Assembly (NCBI GenBank): GCA_964658305.1
Contig: OZ210885.1
Span: 13,826,001 to 13,890,000 of the forward strand
Direction: 5' to 3'
Length of the DNA: 64,000 bases
Source of the DNA: Leptogorgia sarmentosa
Lineage: Eukaryota
The notes under the pieces are model-generated. The model did not search any database. It was not told where the DNA came from and saw only the letters and a list, made by a program, of their open reading frames with translations. Both the position numbers and the translations under genes were made by a program. Shown here piece after piece: positions 1-12,429 of this stretch. Within the stretch, counting starts at the first letter, position 1; each line of letters starts with the position of its first letter.

Positions 1-159
1 AATTCGAAGCGGGAAACAATGTTCTGAATAAGCACCAAAATTTAAAACTCGATCACGAGCCTTCGTTTTTCCCAAATTTTCGTTCTTTCAACACGCCCGT
101 CAATTCTACACTTCATGGAAAGCTATTTGCATGAATAGCCAGCCGATAAGTAGTAGAAA

Positions 160-895
160 ATACAATGGCCGTAGCGACGAGTGGTTTGACAGAAATATAG
201 CTTAATTTATACGCGTTTACGCCGTTCATAACACTATTTATTAAGAAATTTATACGCAAAAATATCATGGCGCAAATTGTACATTGGCATTGCTTTTAAA
301 GATATTAAAAAGGTATGTTATGGAATTTAGATCAACAAAGCAAAAATATCATGACGCAAATTATTTGTATTACCTTGAACACAGCTAATATTTAAGGTTA
401 TGAAAGAAGTTTAGTTTTGACAAAATTGCGCGTATATTTTCCCTATGATACTTTCCCTGCGTGTCGGTACTGACACATTTGTACATGTTTGGACAGCCCG
501 CGGACCCGCGGTGTCATTGTGATCACGGAATATCTACTATATTTTGACGCTTTGCCATACAGAATGGTTGAAAAATTCAATCCCCGGAAAATAGGTTTTG
601 TAGCTTGTAATAAAACTGGTTTGTGCGTTTATTAAGCGCGAGACAAAACAAACGAAATCATAAATAGTTTCAAGTATTCTGTTTTGAACCTACACGCATA
701 CCGATCATACAATAACTTCACCGTCTAGGAAAATGCTGCATGAATGGACAGAATATAATGTATATAAATACATTATTCTAATATAGTTTTCAAGAGAGCA
801 AATTTGGTTTTTGGAAAGCCACATTTTTCACAACCAATCGCAAAGCGCTGTCTCTATTTTAAAGACGCAATAGCATAATATGCGATATCATTATG
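160..895 (+). repeat. Dispersed ~730-bp repeat, copy 1 (inverted copy at about 44575-45305)
   Basis: Collinear reverse-complement match, e.g. CCGTAGCGACGAG...CGCGGACCCGCGGTGTCATTGTGATCACGGAATATCTAC...AGCGCTGTCTCTATTTTAAAGACGCAATA. Confidence 0.85.
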
Positions 896-2293
896 TCGTC
901 AAGTTTCAATATTACCTTACTCAATTTGATATGATCGCGCGAATGCCGGAATGCGAGATAGTCATGATAGCTTATATCAAGTATTGAATACGTCTCACGT
1001 TTTAACCACGCACATGCAACCTCACGTCTTAAAAGGAATTAGTATTTGCGCTATTCGCCTAATCCCTAGCAGTAAACCATTTCATACATGCAAGATCGCG
1101 TATTAGGGACAGATAAGATGTGTGTATCGAATAGTTGAAAACAAATGAGAATTGATCATCGCTGGTAACCAAGCAAAAAATATTTGGTCCTGCTTCGAGC
1201 GCCCAAGTCGCGAGGCTGTAGGGGGATCCGGAAGAATTCTCCCCCGGACAATTTAACTAGAACCTCGGAAATGCTATTTGCTGCGATCTGGGGACTGACT
1301 TATGACAACCAGTTTCACTGAAATATGGGTTATAATTTTGGCAAATTTAACACAATGATGGACAAAAAATGGACAGAAAATGTGATAGATCAAGATTTGA
1401 CATGAAATCCGTTTGTTAATTGCGTTGAATATTATCTCAGATAGGTCTTACCACGTACAGACATCACAGCAGTAACTGGGCCCTGTGCAATGCAGACGCA
1501 GTCGTCATATTAAATGTTTATTTCAAAATAATATGTACTGTAGTTGATGTTGGCTGTGCATTGAAACCTTGTGCTTATCATGCTATTATTGTTACGTCTA
1601 TTGACATCTCACCGTGAAGCATCAAGTCTTGATTTAGTAAAATGCTCTATATCATCTGCCGAGACATGAATATCACATAAAATATACAGCCTATACGTGT
1701 CTTTAAACGGACAAAAGCTCTGTCTGTAGTCACGCTGAAAGCTGGTTGCGTAGTTGTAATTTAGTCGCACCACAACAGCCACAGTAAAACGCGTGAAATC
1801 ACGCAGAAAGCTTGCTTTATAAATAATACATTTTCGGCAGTCCTGCCTTCGGGAGAGAGCAGGACCTCGTCGTTGTAAACACCCGTCCTGAGCATGCGTA
1901 GGCCAAATTACCCAATCAGTATTATTAATTATTATTAATTAGTATTGCAACTCCTGCCTTCAAAAAATAGCATGTCCTGGAGTGAAACACGAGTCGCGAG
2001 TAAATCAATTGGCGCTTGTAGTGTCACAGTTGCTAGGTAACAGACTAACAAAATCATAAAATTGTGTAAATGTTTTAGTAAGCGGGATGCTTTGCTTAAA
2101 TTTTTTAAAAAATAATGAAAAATGACCGGAATTTCGACGAGTGAAAAGAAAATGAAAAAAGAAATAATTTAAGATTAGTTCGAAAATGATTAGTCCTTCT
2201 CAGCAGGACCAACAGGACCGTTAGCTATGCCACGGTCTTTGATCATTCTTACTTATACTTAGACAAATTTTCTAAATTTCGTTCACTTTTCAG

Positions 2294-2572
2294 GCATGGA
2301 TTACAATTTCAAGAAAGCGAATTTTGGTGCGACGGACGACTCACATGGGTATGATTACGGCAGTATAATGCACTATGGCCCCTACGCATTCTCCGAGAAC
2401 GGAAGGAAAACAATAACTGCAAAGAATGATCAGACTATTGGACAGAGACAAGGATTGAGTTATGGTGATGTTGAACAAGCGAAGGCAATGTATAAAAAAT
2501 GTAATCATGGATCAACTGGAGGCGGTTCAACTGGAGGCGGATCAACTGGAGGCGGTTCAACTGGAGGAGGAG
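2294..2572 (+). CDS. Astacin exon (Met-turn SIMHY plus Gly/Ser/Thr linker)
   Basis: ORF 2296..2580 bounded by canonical AG/GT; 279 nt, phase 1-1. Confidence 0.88.
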
Positions 2573-5482
2573 GTATTTGAACATGTATAATTATACACTC
2601 AACTCTACTCGCCCTGCGGACGCCTCGCTATTATACAGGGTGTCTCAAAAAAAAGGTAATCCAACTTTGGCATGCCATTGTGCGTTAATTACTGGGTGTA
2701 CGAACGTGATTTTTGCATGGTCATAAAGATCAAGGTCTTAGCAGTTGAACGACATATTTGTTGCACGATATGGAAGAAAATCAGGCAAATGCGAGCGTGT
2801 TGAAAAATCTCGGTGAAAAACGCATTCAGCTAAACTTATTCAAAATTAACTCCCTCCGGGACTCGAAGATGACGACCTTCCCTTCAACAATCGACCTGAT
2901 TATGCTATGCATAATTATTTATAATCCTGATAAAATCTTTGTTACCATGACACATTCGTGATGAATTGCATTTTTCTTTTGTTATGCACTGCTTTAATTA
3001 GGCACAGAGGTGAAAATATGCAATTTCGACCGTCAATTTTAATAGCTCTCATATTCGTTCTGCTTTGCTCATAATGACACAAAAAACATGTCATTCAATA
3101 GCTGAGACACTGATCTTTATGACCATGCAAAAATCACGTTCGTACACCCAGTAATTAACGCACAATGGCATGCCAAATTTGGATTACCTTTTTTTTGAGA
3201 CACAGTGTATAGCTGTTGTTGTCACGCTATAGTTGTTGTTAGTAAACCACAACAATGTGTTAGAATAAACTGGGCATTTCAAGACTAAAAGCATTGTCCG
3301 TTCCACAACATGTCCGTCGGCAAACCGTCCGTTCGGCAAAATCTCTTTCGGCAAACTCTCTTTCGGCAAAATGTCCGGCCACCTTTTGTTTTAATATTGG
3401 AAACCATCAGATTCGTCTCTCGCTAATGCGGATCGACTAACGCTATTGCGCACACCGCGGCTAAATAATTGTCCCCAGGGTGTCCGTTTACTATACAGCA
3501 TTAATTGCCGTACCCGGTACAGAAATCACTCTAACGTTGTTTAAAGTAGGTTATTACACCTCTGGGGCCGGTTGTATAAAAACGTAGTTAAAGTTAACTA
3601 TAGTTAAGTGCGAAAATTGACCAATCAGAGACGCGTATTTCGAAGTTAACTACCATTTAACTAAAAAACGGATAGTTAAGAGTTTTATACAACCTACCCC
3701 TGGATATTTGAAGTATGAAGCCTATCGGCCGTGTATAGAATTATATGGCTTTACACAGGTTATATAACCAGACAGAATAAAATGAAATTGGCAGAAACCA
3801 CACATGACGTGTAGCCATAAACAGAATATCAAGGGCCAATGATAATTTTCCTACACTAAGTTCGTATGACTGTTCATGATGTTACGATGTACTCAGGTGC
3901 AGAATGTTATTGTGATGTTACTCTGAGTATATGTCCTCACCGGGCACGCTCAAAAATTAGCCTTAGCCTTGGTTCGAATCGAACCCGCGACCTATAGATA
4001 TCAAAGGAAAGAGTTCCGAAATATCAAACATTCGAACCGACTTGACCTCATAGCTCAGTTGGTAGGGCATTGGCTGGTAAACCAAAGGTCGTGGGTTCGA
4101 TTACCAATGAGGCCTGGATAATTTTTCAGCCCGCACGGTGTTGTGGATATATACTCAGAGCAACATTACAATAACATTCTGTACCCTTGTTCTAAGTTCT
4201 TTCTATATACTCAAAATTCTATGTTTTGAACGTCCGTGTCATGTAAATTACATATAACAGCTTTCACGGTACCATTATTGGCTTACTACACTAATTTATT
4301 ACAAGGGTTCAGGGTAACCATATGCATTTCTGAAATTTCTGGTAATCTTTCCCATCGGCCAGCAAAATTTCTTTGTTTGAGTACGTGGGGGCACGATCAA
4401 ATGAGAAAAATATTATTTGTCATAATAATTGTGAAACGACTGAATTTACAATTGATTTTGGTAAATCCATCGATAAATTGATCTGTTTGTTGCCCTAATC
4501 AGTAAACTATCGATATCGTCGGTTATACGTACTCACAAACTCAGGCAGAAAGATCTAGAGGTAGAAATGGTCGTTTTCGCCAATCTAGGAAGTTTCAATT
4601 TTCACCCTCTTTCTAGTTATAATGTTAGTCGTTGATAAATTGAAAATATTCAAAATGCTCTACCTCCCCCGCCTCCCACACTGCACCCACATAAAAACAG
4701 GTGATCGACGCTGCTGCTAATATCGATTCCATCGACGGTCGGACACCTCCGAGATGGTCGGCCACCTCATTATATTACACGAACAGCAGTGGCATTAGAA
4801 ATAATCATAATAATAATTTTAAATGAGAGATCAGGCAGCTGGAGAAGTCGGTGTAATGGCAAGGGTGCGGATTCCCGTGCAGAGCACCAGGGTTCGATCC
4901 CCATTGCGTTATAATATTTCTTCCTTATTTTTTTCGACCTTTAATTTCAAACTTTATTTTTGCCAAAGATTTTTCAACAATTTTTTTCAAAATACGCATA
5001 TTATTTTGTCAATGTTTAAAGTTAGGGTTAGGAATAGGGTTTGGGTTAGTGTTAAGCGCTGTTGAGGCGCTGAATACAAATACGCGGAATCGAAATTTGC
5101 AACGCTGCTACACTAATTACTGCATTAAAGTTGACTGATTTAGATTATAGCTAGTGGCCCTATCATCATAGTTCTCTTTCATGCTGGGCTCCGTCGACTG
5201 TTAATGTGGCCCGGGCCAAAAGTTTGTTTCATATTGTTTGTTTCCATTCTAGGATGTTTATCCGATAAGGCGACACGTTGCAAATCCTGGGCAGGCAAGG
5301 GGTATTGTGGTTCCCCTAGATATAAGGTATATATGATGGAAAATTGTAAGAAGTCTTGCACTTGTTCTGGTAATCTCACGAATCGAGACCAACGATGTCA
5401 AGGATGGGCAAATCGTGGAGAGTGCACCAAAAACCCAAGATACATGCTGAGTCATTGTCTGGCCTCGTGCTGTAATTGTTAA
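2294..5482 (+). CDS. Astacin-family (M12A) zinc metalloprotease, 3' part: end of catalytic domain, (STGGG)n linker, tandem ShK domains; exons 2294-2572 and 5253-5482; upstream exons lie outside the window
   Basis: Exon 2294-2572 (tttcag|GC...GGAG|gtattt) encodes YDYGSIMHY (astacin Met-turn) and IGQRQGLSYGDV. It joins in phase 1 to 5253-5482 (ttctag|GA), which encodes two ShK-like Cys modules and ends in TAA. Confidence 0.9.
2636..3207. mobile_element. Tc1/mariner-type MITE
   Basis: TA|CAGGGTGTCTCAAAAAAAAGGTAATCC...GGATTACCTTTTTTTGAGACACAGTG|TA; TIR longer than 100 bp; TA target site. Confidence 0.85.
3889..4186. mobile_element. tRNA-derived inverted-repeat element (further copies at about 51219-51506 and, partial, 57342-57450)
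   Basis: Ends GGTGCAGAATGTTATTGTGATGTTACTCTGAGTATAT and its reverse complement; tRNA-like unit 4044-4114 with A box TAGCTCAGTTGG and B box GGTTCGATT. Confidence 0.8.
4784..5109 (+). mobile_element. MITE-like repeat carrying a tRNA-like A/B box, an oligo-T run and TTAGGG-like repeats
   Basis: A box 4849-4859, B box GGTTCGATCC 4891-4900, T run 4928-4934, GTTAGGGTTAGGAATAGGGTTTGGGTTAG from 5021; weak TIR. Confidence 0.5.
5253..5482 (+). CDS. Astacin terminal exon, two ShK (ShKT) domains
   Basis: CLSDKATRCKSWAGKGYC...YMMENCKKSC and RDQRCQGWANRGECTKNPRYMLSHCLASCCNC*; polypyrimidine acceptor at 5251-5252. Confidence 0.88.
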
Positions 5483-7135
5483 CTACAGGTATTAATTCTA
5501 ATGATAGTCACGATTGTCTTTGTTGAAGAAGCACTGTCACAGAGAAAGATTTCCAGATTCGATTTACAAAAAAGATTGTATTGCATGTTTTTAAGTGCAT
5601 ATATATATATATGTTATTGAATGACCAAGCGTGAGTTCTGAACTGTGAAATATCAGACCGAGCATTTCCATTTTGGCACAGTATTTCTGGCATTTTCCTC
5701 CACACACGCGCTTGGTCAAGCCAACACAATGTTTATGCAACTTGAAAAACTGCATCCTACTTTTTTACTGATTTGAAAAAAGATTGTCCGACAGGACACG
5801 AACACAGGAACATAAACCAACCTCCCTCCCCCGACCCAAATGATACTCTAGCTAGGGCTCTTTACACTTATTGCAAGAATATATATAGCTTGTACTATGG
5901 ACGCATTGAGATAAATTTAAAAACCAGAGATGTGTTTTTTGACGAAAAAAAAACGAACCGGAGATACGTTGATGCATGAAATGAAGTGCGTTGCAGCAGC
6001 TACAGCGTTAACTGTGGGTGCATGTGTATATTCAAACATTCTACGCGATTAAAAAAAATTAAAAACTCCAGATTTAAAAAGAAATTCGTTAGGCAGACCA
6101 AACATATAGTATGAAAATACACCCCCACGCTCCAACTAACACTTTAGGCGGGCCTACAATTGCTTAACCCTTCGCCAATCCACATTATGCTTGATGTTAA
6201 TGATGACAATAGCGTTTACTACCTGGAACAAAATTCTCCAATCTCACAGCACCGCAATTGACAAAACATTGACAAGGCCTAATCATGACCAATGTATACA
6301 AATTTCCATTTGCAATTTTCCATAACTGCCTTATGGCAAATTTAACCGCAGAGTATAAACAATACCGATTTGATTAAGAGAAGTAGGAAGCCCAGGATGT
6401 AATTTCGCCAATCATGATATAAGTGGACAAAATAATACTTAATTAATACCGTCATAAAAGTGACCTTATTTCAAAAAAAAATTGGACTGCCTTTAATAGA
6501 TATATTCTTTCCATCTTTATAGGATCATCTAAATGAAGGTTCCAAGAATGTGAAAATGAAAATGTATTCAAGCTTTTAGATTTCTTAATAAGAAATAAAA
6601 AGAGCATTTGAAATGAAGTTGCATCGTTTCTTGTTCGATATATTTTTTCAGCGGGCGCTGAAGAACCATGAGGACTTTACTGTAATCCTCGTATTGACTA
6701 GTTGTGCGTGACATCATCCATGAGACGGTTTAATAATTTAGCCCGCCATATTGTGGGATAACAAAGACAAATTACAGATTTCTGTACACAAAAAGTACAC
6801 ATTAATTGTTTTAGATATACTCAGACTCCCGAAGCAGTATTTGCAACCCATCACAAAAACCATGATAGTGAATAGGTTTAAGCCAGGTTGGCGGTAAATT
6901 AACATTTCATACACGATATCCCAAAATTTTAGCATTCGTTCTAAAGCATGCAGCAACGAATTTAGAAAGGTATCACACTTATATTAGTATTGGCTCAACC
7001 TATAATATTTAAGGAATTATTCTTTGTTGCGAAAAGTTCACTAGTTACCCCTAGAAATTTTGGTTGTATTCACCTGCACCTTGCAACTTCCAATTAAAAG
7101 AGCACCTGGTCATCAAAGTTATGGATCCTGTGGGC

Positions 7136-8446
7136 CTAGTTATTGTATCGATTCAATTCTGAAAGCGTTCTGCGCTTGCAACCATACACGAGTTTAAACG
7201 TTTTTCGATATCGTTCTAGTCGTATGAAGTAGACAAAAGGATTGACGGCAAAATTGAGAGAATACATCGACATAGCAACAATGGTAAGAATTGTATTCTT
7301 AAATCCACCTGCCCGGCCAAGCAGATCATTAACTGACCCTGGAGTGACAGTCATTGTTGCTATGCAAGTGATTATAATGATGGTGTTCAGAAATCTTTGC
7401 TCTTTTTGGTTTTGAATGACTTGGGAATATTTTGAGTGTTTAATTGAAGGGTTTTGGGACAGAATCCGCTCGGGCATTGAGTACATTTGGGTGATGTTCA
7501 CCGTGGTGTTATTGTTAACAAAATATCCAGTTGTATTTCGTTCAACACCTTGTATACTATGAACACATTCATTCTTCTCTTCATCGTCCGCTTGAATGCG
7601 TTGGTTTTGTCTTCCCGCAGATTCTTCCCCATCGCTATTTAAACCTTTATCCTGAACATTAGCCCGTTCATTCGGATTTTGAAAATGCTCAAACAGGTTT
7701 TGGACTGATCTTTCTTCATTTTCAACGCTTTCGTCCAGGTTTCCCCGACATTTAGGACTTTCATTTTGTATTGGAGCCCGTTCATTTTGGTTTTGTTCAC
7801 GTCCATTTTCACCTTCAACAGAAGCAATCAGGTCGTCAATGGATCTCGTGTTCTTTTTAATGTTAGTTTCGTTTTTCATTGAGGTTACATTCTTTGAAGA
7901 CGCAACTTGACTGGTAATTCTTAACATGGATCTAGCTTGTTGTTTTAAGGCAACATATGCCTTAACGTACAGTATGGCTGTTAGAATTACCAACATAATG
8001 CCAATCGCTGATCTTACCAAAATATCACTGTGACTTGGCACAAGAGCCTTCTTTATGGCATGGATGGAACTGAGCAACCAAACGAAAACGATCCACACTG
8101 AGATTTTACCTTTGCTCATTAAAATGCGATGTCTAAAAGGATATGTTATCATCAGGTAGCGATCAAGAGCAATTGAAAATATTGTCAGCATTGACGAGTA
8201 AAATGAGAAATATAACAGGAAGAAAAAAGAAGCATTTTTCAACTCCTGATCAATCTGTGTTAAATTTGCCACGCTAAAAACCAAATCAGATAAAGCTAGA
8301 TTTCCAACAAGATACGTTGCTGAATTTCGAAAGCATTTTAATGGATCTTTCACGAACGCGATCAGAAGCATCGAGTTGGCCACAATTCCAACACAGCAGA
8401 TGAAATATGTCGGGACAAATTTCACGTCGGTCCCTTTGGGAAACAT
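7136..8446 (-). CDS. Intronless rhodopsin-like (class A) GPCR with a very long intracellular loop 3
   Basis: 436-aa ORF with seven hydrophobic segments, GIVAN (TM1), NLALSD (TM2), ALDRY (TM3) and NPFVY (TM7). Confidence 0.92.
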   Translation of the reverse strand: MFPKGTDVKFVPTYFICCVGIVANSMLLIAFVKDPLKCFRNSATYLVGNLALSDLVFSVANLTQIDQELKNASFFFLLYFSFYSSMLTIFSIALDRYLMITYPFRHRILMSKGKISVWIVFVWLLSSIHAIKKALVPSHSDILVRSAIGIMLVILTAILYVKAYVALKQQARSMLRITSQVASSKNVTSMKNETNIKKNTRSIDDLIASVEGENGREQNQNERAPIQNESPKCRGNLDESVENEERSVQNLFEHFQNPNERANVQDKGLNSDGEESAGRQNQRIQADDEEKNECVHSIQGVERNTTGYFVNNNTTVNITQMYSMPERILSQNPSIKHSKYSQVIQNQKEQRFLNTIIIITCIATMTVTPGSVNDLLGRAGGFKNTILTIVAMSMYSLNFAVNPFVYFIRLERYRKTFKLVYGCKRRTLSELNRYNN

Positions 8447-9908
8447 GATGAATTGGTATTCAGGATTTAAAGCCCAGTACTATGACGTCCTGCTTCGAGT
8501 TAAAACTTCTGTAATTCAAGAAGGATTTCACTAAATGTGTTGTCATTTATTTTTCCATTAATGCTTCCCATTTTCAATAATTAAACTACTGAGCTGAGAA
8601 AATTAATTAAAAGTCACGTTTATTAAAGGTTTCATTTAAGGATTATTATTTATTTATTTTCGACATAGCTTTTTATTAATAAAAAATATTATATTGCATG
8701 TTTTCGGTGTTCATGCCCTATATGTGCAGCTCTGTTAAACGTTTACATTCAATATTTCAAATGAACTCCCAGTAGCTCCGTCAAATTGTGCTCTACAACA
8801 ACGAAATGAATTAGCGAAAATAAATGAGCGATGCTAATGAAATTTTATGTCTTGGCAACTTTTTGATTGTCGCAACGTCACTAAATTGATCTATAATGGC
8901 AGAATAGCGGAGAGAAACATCTGCCAAATGAAACACAAAACAAATTTGTTGATATATTGTTTTACGAGACAACACTGGCGCATCTATAAAAAAGGCCAGC
9001 AAACCGTTTTGAATTAATTTAAGAAATTGAAAATTGAAATTGTCTTACAGATGTGCTTATACGTTATTGCTACGTTAAAAAAAACAACATAGGATCAGTG
9101 GATTTATATAACCCACATCTTGAATTTATTGACTGATTAAAAAATGTATTTCGTAAATGTTTCATGCAAAATTATTAAGGCAAAATATCGGCAATATGAT
9201 AAATAAATAATACTCACTTTAAGAAAGCATGGGTCATTAACAACGACACAGTACGTTGAAATCGATTAACAAATTTGACATCGCCCATCTTTGTTCATAT
9301 TTTTTATTTTTTAAAAAAGATTTAAATTTTAAATATAATTCAAAACTTTCAATACGGCTTAACAGTTAAACCTCGGACTGGAGTTCACTGGCTAGGTTTC
9401 TCATAGCGACTGATAATTTCAATAGACACAATGAATAGTATGGCTCAGGCATATTCCGTCTATTTTGCAATAATTTGGCTTTTGGGGTAAAATATTTTAC
9501 CATTTACATTTGGCAAATAACTTGGCCCCCTACTGTTATTACGTTGCAGCGCGCTTTTTGCGTTAAGGTCCGTCATTTCTTCATTTGGTGAGGCACTGTG
9601 ACGAAACTTACAAGTATAACATAGCCCCAATAATGGGGATTGCAAAAAAGTAAATATGTTGACAAAAATCTTCATTGCCATGGTATAACAGGAGGTTTTC
9701 AATATATATATCGTAACAGGAGGTTTTCAATATTGTTATATAAACGTAACTGCATGTTAACGTAACACACTGATATTTTAATCTAAATAATCGAAACGTT
9801 AGCAATAAATTTTATATAAAACTGAATGGTTTTAATATGTATGCATTAAAAATCGCTTGCTGGGCATAATTCATATTTAGATTAAGATTCCCGCCTGGTA
9901 TTTCAATT

Positions 9909-10423
9909 CAGCCGTTGAACAAAGACCTCAACGGGTAGTACCCAATATTTCTCAATTGAGAACACGGGTAATGCCCACGCTGGACTATCGCCTAAGCTTG
10001 CTGATCGGCGTTTCAGTATTACTCTTGATATAGTTATATAGTGTTAGATATAAACCATTTTTCTATATACTAAGAATTTCCTTAATCCCAGCCCAAACCC
10101 TAGAATCCTAACCCTGACCATTGTGGTCAGAATAATATTGAGGAAAAAAAAGTTTTCATCACTAACGCTGAAAAAATGTGTCGAACTGGGGCTTGAACTA
10201 TAGAACTGCAACGCACGCACCGCGTGCCTTACCACTTGAGCTCGCTGTTCACCACTCTGGCGGAGTCTGGCCTGGCTAAATGCATATGATTATAGGCCCG
10301 GGCAATCACTGTTCATAATTTACCAGGCCAGGCTACTTAGACGATAGTCCAGCGTGGGCACTACCCATGTTCTCAATTGAGAAATATCGGGTACTACCCG
10401 TTGAGGTCTTTGTTTAACGGGTG
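9909..10423. mobile_element. Non-autonomous P-superfamily-like MITE, copy 1
   Basis: About 85-bp TIR (CAGCCGTTGAACAAAGACCTC.../...GAGGTCTTTGTTTAACGGGTG), CA..TG ends, exact 7-bp TSD TTCAATT; near-identical to 33643-34158. Confidence 0.88.
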
Positions 10424-10527
10424 TTCAATTGCCACAACACTGATATTTTTGTTGCGAGAGAAATTGGGCAAAGCGCAGGAAACATTAATTTTCTTATCTA
10501 CAGAGTAGCTATACATGTGGATCCTAA

Positions 10528-10985
10528 CTAATAATAATAATGTAAGTGTAATGTAGAATTATATAGACTCAATTCAGGTGATTTAAAGGTAAATTAAAAG
10601 TTACTATTTACAGTTGGGAAAAAAAACTATTGTCATGAACAGTGAATCCGTGCTTCTGCTCTCTCCTTTAAAATGTTTTTGACTTGACGGATGTAGGATG
10701 GTAACTCCCTGCATGACCGTATTTCAGCAGGCAGCTCATTAAATAGCCGGGATATCGAGTCCTGAAATGTTCCTTTTGTTAATGGTATCACTAGTAGTGG
10801 CGCTTTGTTTGATCTTAACAATCTTTTTGGCTCACGTTTCTCTACTCTTAAATATTTGGGAAACGACGGATTATACATGGCCTGGTAGGTTGCCCGAAGT
10901 AAATTAAATACAGTTCTTTCTTTAGTAGGGAGCCGCCAACCTAGTTTAAGCACATCTTCTTCACTAGCGTAGCGGTTGATTACGA
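10528..10985 (-). mobile_element. 5'-truncated LINE (CR1/L2-group) 3' end: ORF2 C-terminus, 3'UTR, (TTA)n tail
   Basis: LKLGWRLP...PKYL...RLLRS...GTFQDSISRLFNELPAEIR is typical of the post-RT tail of CR1/L2-group ORF2; short (ATT)n tail near 10530. Confidence 0.75.
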
Positions 10986-11272
10986 TTAAGTATTTGTGGA
11001 TATTTTTATTACTGTAGGGTGTATAAAAAATGAACAAACTTGAAATCGCTCTCAACTTTGCAAAGGAGCTCGGGGTACAAAGTTCCTAGTTTCTATTCCA
11101 GTTTGGGTATTTTTTAATTTCCATTTGAACACCTGAAAGTCATTAATATATAAACGGAACGTTCTACAGATAGGATATTACCGATGTAATAAAAACAACA
11201 AACGATAAATTATGCGATGTAGCTATTTTAACGCCTTGCGGGATGTAAACCAATTTCGCACGCCAAGATGCA

Positions 11273-11596
11273 AGGGCCGCGGGACAGGGGGCACGGTGCC
11301 CCCCCCCCCCCTCCCACTTCTTGAAAACGAGAAAATGTGCCCTTTTTCGATTAGATTCATGCCCTTTTTGTGTTATATAGGGCCTTTTGTGTCATATAGC
11401 GTGCGCTTGATATAATAATGTAATTAATCATTGTCATCAGTATTTTACGGCAATGGGGGCAAGTGCGCCCCCCCCCTTGATTTTAGACAAAGGGTAAATG
11501 TACCCTTTTTTGAAACCAAAGTGCCCTTTTTCATCCGTGCCCTATTTTAATTGGGCCCTCCCCCCCCCCCACTTTCGAGGTGCTTCCGCGGCCCCT
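11273..11596. mobile_element. hAT-like MITE with poly-G/C subterminal tracts
   Basis: AGGGCCGCGG...CCGCGGCCCCTG inverted ends. Confidence 0.55.
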
Positions 11597-11992
11597 GCCA
11601 GCTGCCTAGATGTTTATGGCCATGCTAGCTAAAGGGCCAGTAATGGCGAACGTAATTAATACACATAAAATTTTCCTCACCTTTTCTCCTAGTTGCTCGT
11701 GTATGAAGAGACAAAATATTTGGCTGTGTTCGTGTTTTGATGCGCAATTGCAAAGCTTCCCTCGAAGAAAGTTATCTGCTTATGCGGCTATAAATCAATA
11801 TTGATTATTCATCTGTGCATGCAGCTGGGGGCGCCAAATTGGGACGCAAAGTAAACAGAAAAAGAAGTGCAACTGAAGTTGGAATCTTTCACAGAGTTTG
11901 TGTCGTCGCGAATAATTCCTTTAGGCCGCTTTCCACTTCATACTAATCGTGCCGAAACGTAGCGTATGTGATTCTTTCTAATGCATAGTAAC

Positions 11993-12216
11993 CTAGCCTG
12001 CCACACAGAATGCGCCCTTATATTGGCTGTCACAGTCAATTTGCCATCTATATATACCGTACAGTACGTATTCCATATGAAGATGTAGCGTGCCTATATA
12101 GACGAGCAAATACACGACATTGAAGAGAAAATGCACGACGTAAAGACTGTCCATATCCAATATATGGTTGTCCATTGCAACCACTATCAGTGTATGAAAT
12201 AGCACCCCGGAAATCC
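11993..12216 (-). pseudogene. Possible frameshifted orphan exon of a small Cys/Tyr/Gly-rich protein
   Basis: Acceptor-like aaacag| at 12217; protein-like frame DFRGAISYTDSGCNGQPYIGYG... appears to continue in another frame as YGIYRWQIDCDSQYKGAFCVAG*; no partner exon found. Confidence 0.25.
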
Positions 12217-12429
12217 CTGTTTATTGAAAGCAAACGCGTTATTATTCAACTTTCCAGGTATGTTAATTCTAAACTAGCTACCATCACGTCGCTAAAACAC
12301 GCATATACAACTGATGTCCTTATATGGAATACGTACTATAAGTCCCTATCCAATTTGCGGGTGTTTCACAATAATATATACAGTCAATTTGAGAGTGTAT
12401 TAATGACTTCGACACAAACGAAAATGCTC

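Noticed and set aside
4044..4114. Functional tRNA gene (also 51376-51452 and about 13110-13175)
   Set aside because: Mismatched stems, anticodon differs between copies, embedded in dispersed repeats
5021..5055. True telomere or chromosome-fusion scar
   Set aside because: Only a few degenerate units, carried inside dispersed repeats
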